DNA of 32,537 nucleotides, taken from NCBI GenBank assembly GCA_035703945.1, contig DASSXK010000571.1, positions 1-32,537 of the forward strand, read 5' to 3'. Positions within the stretch are counted from its first letter, which is position 1. Every line of letters begins with the position of its first letter. Both the position numbers and the translations under genes were made by a program. Of this stretch, positions 17,658 through 26,573 are shown one piece after another. The stretch is from Ktedonobacteraceae bacterium (GTDB taxonomy: Bacteria; Chloroflexota; Ktedonobacteria; Ktedonobacterales; Ktedonobacteraceae). Under the pieces are notes generated by a model. It was not told the DNA's origin, did not search any database, and saw only the letters and a list, made by a program, of their open reading frames with translations.

Positions 17658-18802
17658 TAGCGTTTGACCTGCTTTTCAGCGAGGGCTTTGCGCTTCTCCT
17701 CGATCCCGGCAAACAACTGGTGGAAGGAGTCGGCGAACTTTTGTACGCCCTCGTTCTGGAGTTGCAGCGTGACCTTGTCGTAGCTGATGCCCACTTTTTC
17801 GAGATCTTCAAGAACCTGATAGGCCGCTTGAACATCCTTTTCGATACTGTCGGTCGTGATACCGTGATCGGCAAAATTCCGAACGGTTTCCAGCGGCATT
17901 GTATCAACGGTATCTTTTCCGATCAGCTCCTCAGCATACAAAACGTCGCGGTAAGCGGGATTCTTGGTGCTGGTGCTGGCCCAGAGCGGACGCTGAACGT
18001 GTGCGCCCATATGGCTCAGGGTTGCGAAGCGGGGCTGGCCGAACTGTTTTTTGAACTCCTGGTAGACCACGCGAGCGTTTGCAATGGCGGCTTTCCCCTG
18101 AAGGGATTTCAGCTTCTGCTGCTCGGCGGGGTCGTTGGAGGCTTTGATCTTGTCATCCAACATCTTGTCTACGAGGGTATCGACACGGCTGACGAAGAAG
18201 CTGGCGACAGAGCCAATGCTGCTGATATCTTTGCCGCTGCCATTGAGATCGTCGAGTGCATCGAGATAGGCACCGGCGACGGCCTTGTAGTCCGCGAGCG
18301 AGAAGATCAGCGTAATGTTAACATTGATGCCTGCTGCCAGGGTCTCGCGAATTGCGGGAATACCTTCGGGAGTGGCGGGAATCTTGATCATCAGGTTGGG
18401 GCGATCAACCATCTGCCAGAAGCGCCGGGCCTCTTTGATTGTTCCGGCTGTGTTGTGCGCGAGATCTGGTGAGACCTCAAGGCTGACGTAGCCGTCTTTG
18501 GCATTGGTGCGATCATAGACCGGGCGGAGCAGGTCAGCGACCGTCCGAATATCTTGAATGATCATGGCCTCGTAGATAAAGCTCGTATCCTTACCATCAC
18601 TGATCAACTGATTCATTTGATCATCGTAGGCATGGCCGCTGCTGATCGACTTTTCGAAGATCGTCGGATTGGCGGTAACGCCGAGGATGCCATCGTCAGC
18701 CAACATCTGTTTAAATTGTCCTGAAGCCAGTTGCGCGCGGTCGATATTGTCATACCAGACACTTTGACCGTATTGTTGCAATTGAAGTAATGGATTGGTC
18801 AT
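17657..18802 (-). CDS. tal: transaldolase (long, actinobacterial-type)
   Basis: GVTANPTIFEK, VSLEVSP and the MIKIPAT Schiff-base lysine region. ATG 18802 has GGAG 11 nt upstream. The track's TTG 18811 sits only 2 nt from the SD. Confidence 0.93.
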   Translation of the reverse strand: MTNPLLQLQQYGQSVWYDNIDRAQLASGQFKQMLADDGILGVTANPTIFEKSISSGHAYDDQMNQLISDGKDTSFIYEAMIIQDIRTVADLLRPVYDRTNAKDGYVSLEVSPDLAHNTAGTIKEARRFWQMVDRPNLMIKIPATPEGIPAIRETLAAGINVNITLIFSLADYKAVAGAYLDALDDLNGSGKDISSIGSVASFFVSRVDTLVDKMLDDKIKASNDPAEQQKLKSLQGKAAIANARVVYQEFKKQFGQPRFATLSHMGAHVQRPLWASTSTKNPAYRDVLYAEELIGKDTVDTMPLETVRNFADHGITTDSIEKDVQAAYQVLEDLEKVGISYDKVTLQLQNEGVQKFADSFHQLFAGIEEKRKALAEKQVKR

Positions 18803-19012
18803 ATGAAACAAGTCTCCTTTGGTAGCGACCGATGAAGTTTTGTCATACGTTACAAATTCATCAGATAGATGAAGCTCGGTTGTTCACGACGGTGTGCTTT
18901 TATTATATCTTCTTAAGCGCACAATCGCAGGCACCGGTCGGACTTTTTCAACAGCGGCCGCTTCACTAGTGGGGAACAGACGAATCTATTCCCCGGACGC
19001 AGTCTCTCGCGC

Positions 19013-21028
19013 TTAAAGCTGAGCTTTTGCTTTTGCAACGACATTTTCGACGGTAAAGCCAAACTGCTGGAAGAGCGTTTTGGCAGGTGCCGAGGCCCCA
19101 AAGTGATTGAGGGTCACGGTGTTACCGGTGTTACCGACATAATGTTCCCAGCCCATCGGGGAGGCTGCTTCGATTGCCACACGAGCGGTGACGCTCTTTG
19201 GCAGGACGCTTTCTTTGTATTCGGCGCTCTGTTCTTCAAACAATTCCCAGCTAGGCATACTTACTACACGTGTGGGAACGCCATCTTGACGCAGTTTCGC
19301 GGCTGAATCTACCGCGAGGGCAAGTTCAGAACCTGTTGCGATCAGGATAAGTTTAGGTGTTTCGGGGCTATCGCTCAGGATGTACGCGCCCTTTGCGACG
19401 TTGCTGGCAGCGTTTGTGGCGTTGCGGGGCTGCGTCGGCAAATTCTGACGTGTCAGGGCCATCGCTACGGGTCCATGATGGGTAATTGCGATTTTCCAGG
19501 CTTCTGCGGTTTCGTTGGCATCGCCAGGACGAAGGACGGTCAGATTAGGAATTGCCCGGAGCGCAGCAAGTTGTTCAACTGGCTGGTGGGTTGGTCCATC
19601 TTCGCCAAGACCGATGCTATCGTGTGTATAGACATAGATCGTCTTGATATTCATCAGGGCCGCGAGGCGGATCGATGGGCGCATATAATCTGAGAAAATC
19701 AGGAAGGTTGCGCCGAAAGGAATCAGTCCCCCATGCAGGGAGATACCGTTGAGGATCGCACCCATCGCGTGCTCGCGGATACCAAAGTGCAGGTTGCGAC
19801 CGTTGCTGGTCGGTTCAAGATCGCCAAGATCGTTCATATGCGTATTGGTCGAAGGCGCGAGGTCAGCGGAACCACCGACGAGTGCCGGCAGATTAGGTGC
19901 AATCGCGTTGATGACTTTGCTGGAGGCGATACGGGTGGCCAGGGAATCGCTCTCTGTGAAGGTCGGAATCGTTTTGTCCCAGCCTTCGGGCAGGACACCG
20001 TTCTGCTCGTTTTCCCACTCGGCAGCCAGTTCAGGATAGGCCGCCTTGTAGGCCGCGAATTGCTTCTGCCATTGGCGATCGGCTTCCTCGCCACGGGTGA
20101 TGGCCTGGGCGTAGAACTCTTTGACTTCCTCTGGAACGAAGAAAGGCTCTTGCGTCGGCCAGCCAAGATTCTCTTTGGTCAGCTTGATCTCTTCCTCACC
20201 GAGGGGGGAGCCGTGGGCGCCAGCGGTATCGTGCTTATTGGGACTACCGAAGGCGATGTGGCTGCGCACGATGATCAGGGAAGGTTTCTCGGTTTCCGCT
20301 TTGGCGGCGTCGATGGCTGTGTTCAGGGCGGTGAGATCGTTGGCGTCTTCGACGTGCTGAACGTGCCAGTGATAGGCCTCGAAGCGCATACCGACATCTT
20401 CGCTGAAGGCCAGATCGGTATTTCCCTCGATCGTGATATGGTTGTTGTCGTAGAAGTAGATCAGCTTGCCCAGTTTGAGATGGCCCGCAATAGATGCGGC
20501 CTCGGAGGAGATACCCTCCATCATGTCGCCATCGCTGGCAATTGCATAGGTATAGTGGTCTACGATTGCGTGATCGGGCTTGTTGAAGCGGCTCTCCAGA
20601 ATGCGCTCGGCAATGGCCATACCTACGCCCGTACCGAAGCCCTGGCCGAGGGGTCCAGTCGTCGTCTCAACGCCAACTGTATGGCGGTATTCTGGATGCC
20701 CGGGTGTCAGACTTCCCCATTGACGGAAGTTTTTCAGATCATCAAGCGAGAGTTCATATCCAGTGAGATGAAGCATGCTGTAAAGGAGCATGGATGCGTG
20801 GCCCGCTGAAAGAATAAAGCGATCGCGGTTGCGCCACTGTGTATTGCATGGATTATAGTGCATATGGCGCGTCCACAGCAGATAAGCGAGGGGAGCGAGA
20901 GCCATCGCGGTGCCTGGATGGCCGGAGTTGGCTTTTTGAACTCCATCCATTGCGAGGGTTCGAATTGTATTTATGCTAAGTTCTTCAAGTTTCTCTGGTG
21001 TGATAGATGATTTTTCCTGAGTGGTCAA
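19013..21028 (-). CDS. tkt: transketolase
   Basis: [22 protein letters not shown], the DGDMMEG ThDP motif and a C-terminal Tkt domain. The only in-frame start with an SD is TTG 21028, with AGGAGG 5 nt upstream. Confidence 0.95.
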   Translation of the reverse strand: MTTQEKSSITPEKLEELSINTIRTLAMDGVQKANSGHPGTAMALAPLAYLLWTRHMHYNPCNTQWRNRDRFILSAGHASMLLYSMLHLTGYELSLDDLKNFRQWGSLTPGHPEYRHTVGVETTTGPLGQGFGTGVGMAIAERILESRFNKPDHAIVDHYTYAIASDGDMMEGISSEAASIAGHLKLGKLIYFYDNNHITIEGNTDLAFSEDVGMRFEAYHWHVQHVEDANDLTALNTAIDAAKAETEKPSLIIVRSHIAFGSPNKHDTAGAHGSPLGEEEIKLTKENLGWPTQEPFFVPEEVKEFYAQAITRGEEADRQWQKQFAAYKAAYPELAAEWENEQNGVLPEGWDKTIPTFTESDSLATRIASSKVINAIAPNLPALVGGSADLAPSTNTHMNDLGDLEPTSNGRNLHFGIREHAMGAILNGISLHGGLIPFGATFLIFSDYMRPSIRLAALMNIKTIYVYTHDSIGLGEDGPTHQPVEQLAALRAIPNLTVLRPGDANETAEAWKIAITHHGPVAMALTRQNLPTQPRNATNAASNVAKGAYILSDSPETPKLILIATGSELALAVDSAAKLRQDGVPTRVVSMPSWELFEEQSAEYKESVLPKSVTARVAIEAASPMGWEHYVGNTGNTVTLNHFGASAPAKTLFQQFGFTVENVVAKAKAQL

Positions 21029-21108
21029 TTCATCCTCCTGGTTATTGTATTCTATACACTAAGACGACTTCCTTTATGATAGCACCTGCAAGGTGAAAGC
21101 ACAAATTG

Positions 21109-23889
21109 TCAGACGTCTTTTTTGGCTTTTTGTTGTAGTTCGTAAAGTTTGCTAATCGCCTCGATCGGGGTTAGCTCGTCAATTGCCAGCGTCTTCAGCT
21201 CTTCGATGAGCGGATGGGGCTCCGATGCCAGTAAGGTCATTTGCCAGGCAGCCGGCATTGCCATATCTTTCATGGTTTTCCGTCTGTTTTTGGCTTCTCC
21301 TTTACTCTCAAGCTCCTGTAAAATTTCTTCAGCGCGGTGAATCACCGGCCTGGGAATTCCTGCGAGTTGTGCGACATGCACGCCGTAACTACGGTCGGCG
21401 CCTCCAGGAATAATTTTACGTAGAAAAATGACTTTCCCGTTTTCCTCGGTGACGGCAACATTCATACAACGAATGCGAGGGAGTAAACGTGCCACTTCAA
21501 CGAGTTCGTGGTAGTGGGTAGCGAACAATGTGCGAGCGCCGCAGCGTTTGTTATTGTGTAGATATTCGACAATTGAACGCGCAATCGCAAGCCCATCGTA
21601 CGTACTTGTACCACGACCGATCTCATCGAGAATTACAAGGCTACGCGGGGTGGCATGATGCAAAATATTCGCGGTTTCTACCATCTCTACCATAAACGTG
21701 CTTTGTCCGGTTGCCAGATCATCCTGGGCGCCGATCCGGGTGAAGATGCGATCGACCAGCCCGATATGGGCGGCCTCGGCCGGAACATAGCTGCCGATCT
21801 GCGCCATCAGGGAGATTAGAGCAACCTGGCGCAAATATGTCGATTTACCGGCCATATTGGGACCCGTGATGATGATAATCTGGGCATCGTGATTGGCGAG
21901 ATTGGTGTCGTTGGCGATAAAGGGGGTGTCGTTCTGGGCCTGTTCGACGACGGGATGGCGACCGGCGACGATATGGATGGTGTCGCTATCATCCAGGGTT
22001 GGGCGGCTGTAGTTATACTGCGCGGCGACCTCGGCGAGGCTGAGGTAGACATCAAGTTCGGCCAGGGCGCGGGCGGTGTTGAGGATCTGTTCGGCCCCAT
22101 TGGCGGCAATGGCGGTACGGAGTTGGAGGAAGAGTTCGTTTTCCAGCTTGTTCATGCGCTCCTGGGCGTTGAGAATCAGGGTTTCATATTCCTTCAGATC
22201 GGGCGTAATGAAGCGTTCGCTGCCGGTGAGGGTCTGTTTGCGGATGTAGTCGGTGGGGACGCGATCTTTGTTGCCATTGCTGATCTCAATGAAATAGCCA
22301 AAGACGCGGTTGAAGCCGACTTTCAGATTGGCGATCCCGGTGCGGCGGCGCTCGCGGATCTCCAGGTCCGCCATCCATTTTTTGCCCCCGTGGGCGGCAT
22401 CTTTGATCTGATCCAGTTCTTCGTTGAAGCCCTCGCGGATAATTCCGCCTTCGGAGATCGAGACGGGCGGTTCATCGACGAGTGCCTGCTCAATTTGAGC
22501 GATAACCTCGTCGTTATTGGCAAGCTGGTTGATGATGCGGTGCAGAGAAGGAAGCCGCTGCTCCAGGTCTTCGGGAAGATTGGCCTGAACCTCAGCGGCG
22601 GCGTGCAGTCCGCTGGCCAGGGCCGAGAGGTCACGGGGAGAGGCGATCCGCTGCCGAATCCGGTTGATCAGGCGCTCGATATCGCCGGTCTTTTTGAGTG
22701 ATTCGGCCAATCGAGCCTGCACGAGTGGATTTGCCAGCAACTCGGCGATGACCTCCTGGCGCTGCTGGAGGATTGGCAGGTTGAGCACTGGCTGCCCAAT
22801 CCAGCGACGTAGCAAGCGACCGCCCATTGGACTGCGAGTCTTATCCAGCACCCAGAGGAGTGAACCTTTGATCGCGCCACTGCGTCCACTCTCAAATAGT
22901 TCCAGGTTGCGGCGGGTATAGAGATCGAGCGTCATAAACTCATTGGTCCAATAGGTCTCCAGTGAAGTAAGCTGGTCCAGCAGACCTTTCTGGGTCTCTT
23001 GCAGATAAGCCAGGACGGCCCCGGCGGCGCGAATCGCCAGGGGCTGTTGATTGCAGCCAAAGGCTTCGAGCGAGGCGACCTCAAAGTGGGTAAGCAGGCG
23101 ATGACGAGCATCATCTTCTGTAAAGTAGCGGGCATCATAGGGCGTGACATGACCAGCGACACCCGTCAGGAGTTTGGCGAGTGGGGCGATGTCGTCATCG
23201 TCGTCCTCTTCCAGTTCGGGGGCTTCGGCATTGGGATTTCCATTGCTGCCAACCTTTGTGACCTGTTTCTCGTTCATGACGGTTGCGAGCCAGCGGCGTT
23301 TACGGCTACCGAGGCGGCTATAGTTGGCCTCGACCAGGACCTCGGCAGGGGCGACGCGGGCAATCTCTTGCTGGGCGGCAAGGTCCGGCTCCAGGGTTGC
23401 GAACTGCGTGACGGCAAATTCACCCGTTGTGATGTCAACATAGGCGATTCCAACGCTATCGCGTCCGACGATCACGCTGGCGAGGAAATTGTTGCGCTTG
23501 GCGGCGAGCATGGCGGGATCGATGACGGTGCCGGGGGTGACGATACGGATAACCTGGCGATCGACCAGCCCCTTTGAGAGGGCAGGATCGCTGACCTGTT
23601 CGCAGACGGCGACGCGATAGCCTTTTCCGACGAGGCGAGCGATATAGCCATCGGCGGCATGGTGGGGAATACCGGCCATGGGGGATTTTTGGCCGCGCCC
23701 AAAGTCGCGCCGGGTGAGGGCAATTTCCAGCTCGCGGGCAACGATTTCGGCGTCATCATCAAACATTTCGTAGAAGTCGCCCATGCGGAAGAAAAGGATC
23801 GCATCGGGATTTTGTTGTTTCATGTGTAAGTACTGTGCGCGGACAGGACTATGGTTGGGATGACTTTTTTCGTAATCTTGAAATAACAC
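21109..23889 (-). CDS. mutS: DNA mismatch repair protein MutS
   Basis: The mismatch-binding N-terminus is ILFFRMGDFYEMF. Walker A is GPNMAGKST, with STFMVEM and DEIGRGTSTYDG also present. The GTG start at 23889 has GAGG 6 nt upstream. Confidence 0.95.
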   Translation of the reverse strand: MLFQDYEKSHPNHSPVRAQYLHMKQQNPDAILFFRMGDFYEMFDDDAEIVARELEIALTRRDFGRGQKSPMAGIPHHAADGYIARLVGKGYRVAVCEQVSDPALSKGLVDRQVIRIVTPGTVIDPAMLAAKRNNFLASVIVGRDSVGIAYVDITTGEFAVTQFATLEPDLAAQQEIARVAPAEVLVEANYSRLGSRKRRWLATVMNEKQVTKVGSNGNPNAEAPELEEDDDDDIAPLAKLLTGVAGHVTPYDARYFTEDDARHRLLTHFEVASLEAFGCNQQPLAIRAAGAVLAYLQETQKGLLDQLTSLETYWTNEFMTLDLYTRRNLELFESGRSGAIKGSLLWVLDKTRSPMGGRLLRRWIGQPVLNLPILQQRQEVIAELLANPLVQARLAESLKKTGDIERLINRIRQRIASPRDLSALASGLHAAAEVQANLPEDLEQRLPSLHRIINQLANNDEVIAQIEQALVDEPPVSISEGGIIREGFNEELDQIKDAAHGGKKWMADLEIRERRRTGIANLKVGFNRVFGYFIEISNGNKDRVPTDYIRKQTLTGSERFITPDLKEYETLILNAQERMNKLENELFLQLRTAIAANGAEQILNTARALAELDVYLSLAEVAAQYNYSRPTLDDSDTIHIVAGRHPVVEQAQNDTPFIANDTNLANHDAQIIIITGPNMAGKSTYLRQVALISLMAQIGSYVPAEAAHIGLVDRIFTRIGAQDDLATGQSTFMVEMVETANILHHATPRSLVILDEIGRGTSTYDGLAIARSIVEYLHNNKRCGARTLFATHYHELVEVARLLPRIRCMNVAVTEENGKVIFLRKIIPGGADRSYGVHVAQLAGIPRPVIHRAEEILQELESKGEAKNRRKTMKDMAMPAAWQMTLLASEPHPLIEELKTLAIDELTPIEAISKLYELQQKAKKDV

Positions 23890-24284
23890 GTTTTACCTCT
23901 ATGTACGTCTGGACTACCTGCGACTGGTACTCTATCAGGGAAAGTTGAAGAATTGCTTATTCCTGTGCTAATATTGTCATCTCTAAACACATGCCTGGTT
24001 GCGTGATAATAGTGAAACGACGGAGCGGCAAGAGATAGAGGTGGTCGGGAATGGAAGCCTGACTTTCTCGATCGCACGCAAGGTTGGAATAAACGCTAAA
24101 ATAAGATCCAGGCATGTAGACTCAGTATAAAGCGGATGTAACGTTGCGTCAATTCGTTCAAGTACGTTTTCTTGCCAGCTACATTTTTCTTGTATATACT
24201 GGAGTTATTCTTGTAAATAACATGCTCAACAAAGAATTAAATGTTTACTCATTTAAACAGCCAGTCGCCTATTTGATCGGCTCA

Positions 24285-24314
24285 TTGGGATATTTAAATC
24301 CCGGCACATAGAAT
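24285..24314 (+). promoter_or_regulatory. candidate promoter for the LapA-domain gene
   Basis: TTGGGA (24285..24290), an 18-nt spacer, then TAGAAT (24309..24314). It lies about 50 nt upstream of GTG 24364. Motif match only. Confidence 0.3.
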
Positions 24315-24363
24315 ACTCTACGTGTTGTTTTAGGAGCTTTCTTATTTCTCAAGGAGGGGCGTT

Positions 24364-24912
24364 GTGTTTTTTCTTATCTTGCTGATATTTCTGCTGGTCG
24401 GAGGGGCGGTGGTAGCGGTTTCGGTGCTGAATGTAACGAATCAAGTGCAACTCTCTCTCTATACTATGGTGACGCCTTATTTGCCACTCGGGGTGCTTCT
24501 TCTTGTCTGCTTTATCCTGGGAGCGCTTCTTATGTACCTGTTTGCCGGTGCGGCGGCGCGGAAAGAGCGCAAAGAGATGGGACAGCTACGTCAGCGAGTA
24601 ACTGAGCTGGAACAGGCTTCAGCGCGTGTACCGTCTGGGAAGTTGTCATCACCATCAGGGAATCTACCTCCGGGTGCGCCCCAGGGAAGACCTGCCATGT
24701 CACCACCGGTACAGCAACCGCTGCCACCGTTGCCGGCTCCGGGCTCTTCGGGGATTACAAGGATGAATCCCCAGGGGATGCCAGGACAAGGCCAACCGCC
24801 GATGCCAGGGCAAAACCAGCCGCCGATGCCAGGTATGACGATGAAACCAGGCCAGCAGGGGAAATCGCCCATTGTGCATATGCCCGGAATGCCGTTGCCA
24901 CCGCAAAATTAA
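24364..24912 (+). CDS. LapA-domain (DUF1049-like) membrane protein with a Pro/Gly/Gln/Met-rich tail
   Basis: Two N-terminal TM helices and a short coiled segment (KEMGQLRQRVTELEQ) are typical of LapA_dom proteins. The C-terminal half is low-complexity (PPMPGQ repeats). The GTG start has AGGAGG 6 nt upstream. Confidence 0.7.
   Translation: MFFLILLIFLLVGGAVVAVSVLNVTNQVQLSLYTMVTPYLPLGVLLLVCFILGALLMYLFAGAAARKERKEMGQLRQRVTELEQASARVPSGKLSSPSGNLPPGAPQGRPAMSPPVQQPLPPLPAPGSSGITRMNPQGMPGQGQPPMPGQNQPPMPGMTMKPGQQGKSPIVHMPGMPLPPQN
24787..24834 (+). repeat. tandem 24-nt duplication inside the LapA-domain gene
   Basis: CAAGGCCAACCGCCGATGCCAGGG is followed by CAAAACCAGCCGCCGATGCCAGGT, with 20 of 24 positions identical. 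The units encode QGQPPMPG and QNQPPMPG. Confidence 0.8.
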
Positions 24913-24914
24913 TG

Positions 24915-26573
24915 CTAGCGATGTCGTGATGAATTGCGCGATTTGACGTCTTTATGTTTCTTATTTTTTTTGTGCGCACGTTCCACGAGAAAAGGTGAAT
25001 TGTGACCGACGGAGGTAGTTGAGTGATGGTTCGGCTGTCGTGCGGATTGAGTCGTCGTCTCGTGCATCTGATTTCCGTTTATGGGTTGAGCGTCCTGATC
25101 TATGGCATGCCATTCGGGTATAGACGGGGCGCTTTCTTCTAATGCTTCATTTTGCGTTTCCTGGCGTGCTTCGGGAGCATCCTCCTGTGCTTCAGGAGCC
25201 TCGTCAGGCTGGCTGATTTCTGATGGAGCTAGCAAACCCCCTCCTATGGCTTCAGCCGTCTCCAGTTCAACTGTAGCCTCTTCAACCTGCATCTCAGTCA
25301 GTTTGTCTGCTGAGGGAGGGTCAGTATGATCCATATGTTTCTTTTTCAGGGCTATCAGTGCGGCCATGATGCCTGTTCCACTGCCACTTTTTTCTTTCTT
25401 TGGATTCTCAACAGGGGTATTAGTGGTTACCTGTACTATCTTTTCGGTCGAATCAGTTTCTTCAGCCGGATCGGGCTTTTCTGCCAGTGATGCTGCGGAG
25501 ATTGCCTCTCTGGATTGCGTTGTCTCCTGAGGATCAATGGGCTCTTCCTCTGTTATATCTTCTGTCTCGGTAGTTGCCGATTGGTCCGAAGCAGTTTCGG
25601 GTAGGGGAAGTAGATCGGCCTCGGTAGAATTCTCTGGCGCGGTTTCGGGCGAAATAGGAGAATCGATTTCAGCAGAATTCTCTGGGGCTACTTCAGGCAA
25701 AACTTCCTCGATGGCTTCAGATGGAATCTGTGGATTGACGTCGGCAGGCGATGTTTCCGCAACAATATCGCTGGTGGGGAGATGAATCCCGGTATCGCTG
25801 GCGGAGAGATCGGCATCAGCATCATTCGTGAAGAGTTTGGCCCCCACATGCTGGATTTCCAGTTCAGAGAGAAACGCTGGCATCTCTACAGGTGTATCCG
25901 AGAGCGTATCTGCTTGCAGAGGACTCAGTTTCTCCGTTGGCTCATCCTCATCATCGCTTGCCAGGAGTTTGAGCAAGTTTTCCTCGCTGACCGTTTGATC
26001 GTTTGGATCGGAGGGATCAGTATTTTCTGTTTCGAGCTCGCTTGCCTCAGTCATGAGAGGCAGAGAATCGAGCGGGTTTTCGGAAGTCTCAGGCTCGTGT
26101 GATTGGTTTGAAGCGAAATCTTCTACCTCAGGCGCGTCAGCGTTATTTGCTTCACGCATGGAATCGATCCAATCGTAGGCTCCATCGAGGGCATGCTCGC
26201 ACCATTTCGTATAGTCGTTATCCTCAATCAAGCCCATTTGTTCGCAATAATCCAGGCGTTGCATGGTTTGATCCAGCCATTCTTCGCCGCGCAGGAGCAG
26301 GAAATCGAGAAGGTCGTTATCCTGCACGCCTACTGATTGCAGGCGTACGAGGGCGGCCATTGCCACAGCGGATGGTTGGGTGGCCTGAATGTTCCCAATA
26401 TTTTCGATGATTTGCTGTTGAAGGGCCGTAATCTGGCTCTGGAGGTCATGGGAGAGCTGTTCAGCTTCAAGGTACTGATAGCCGACATAGAATTGCTCGA
26501 TGTCCTGGGGCGCGAGTTGTTGATAGAGCCATCTCATAGAATCTGAGAAGACAGGTGGTTTCTGATTACTCAT
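24915..26573 (-). CDS. hypothetical highly acidic, largely disordered protein with a basic C-terminal tail
   Basis: This is a long uninterrupted ORF. An N-terminal region of about 145 aa looks folded (MRWLYQQL...WCEHALDGAYDWIDSMREAN). About 380 aa of D/E/T/P/S-rich sequence follows, ending in HKKNKKHKDVKSRNSSRHR. ATG 26573 has GGAGG 9 nt upstream, whereas ATG 26582 abuts the SD. The gene overlaps the upstream gene's stop by 8 nt. Confidence 0.7.
   Translation of the reverse strand: MSNQKPPVFSDSMRWLYQQLAPQDIEQFYVGYQYLEAEQLSHDLQSQITALQQQIIENIGNIQATQPSAVAMAALVRLQSVGVQDNDLLDFLLLRGEEWLDQTMQRLDYCEQMGLIEDNDYTKWCEHALDGAYDWIDSMREANNADAPEVEDFASNQSHEPETSENPLDSLPLMTEASELETENTDPSDPNDQTVSEENLLKLLASDDEDEPTEKLSPLQADTLSDTPVEMPAFLSELEIQHVGAKLFTNDADADLSASDTGIHLPTSDIVAETSPADVNPQIPSEAIEEVLPEVAPENSAEIDSPISPETAPENSTEADLLPLPETASDQSATTETEDITEEEPIDPQETTQSREAISAASLAEKPDPAEETDSTEKIVQVTTNTPVENPKKEKSGSGTGIMAALIALKKKHMDHTDPPSADKLTEMQVEEATVELETAEAIGGGLLAPSEISQPDEAPEAQEDAPEARQETQNEALEESAPSIPEWHAIDQDAQPINGNQMHETTTQSARQPNHHSTTSVGHNSPFLVERAHKKNKKHKDVKSRNSSRHR
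25554..25697 (-). repeat. three degenerate tandem 48-nt (16-aa) units inside the acidic protein gene
   Basis: The units encode PEVAPENSAEIDSPIS, PETAPENSTEADLLPL and PETASDQSATTETEDI. At DNA level AGAATTCTCTGG recurs about 48 nt apart on the plus strand. Confidence 0.6.
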
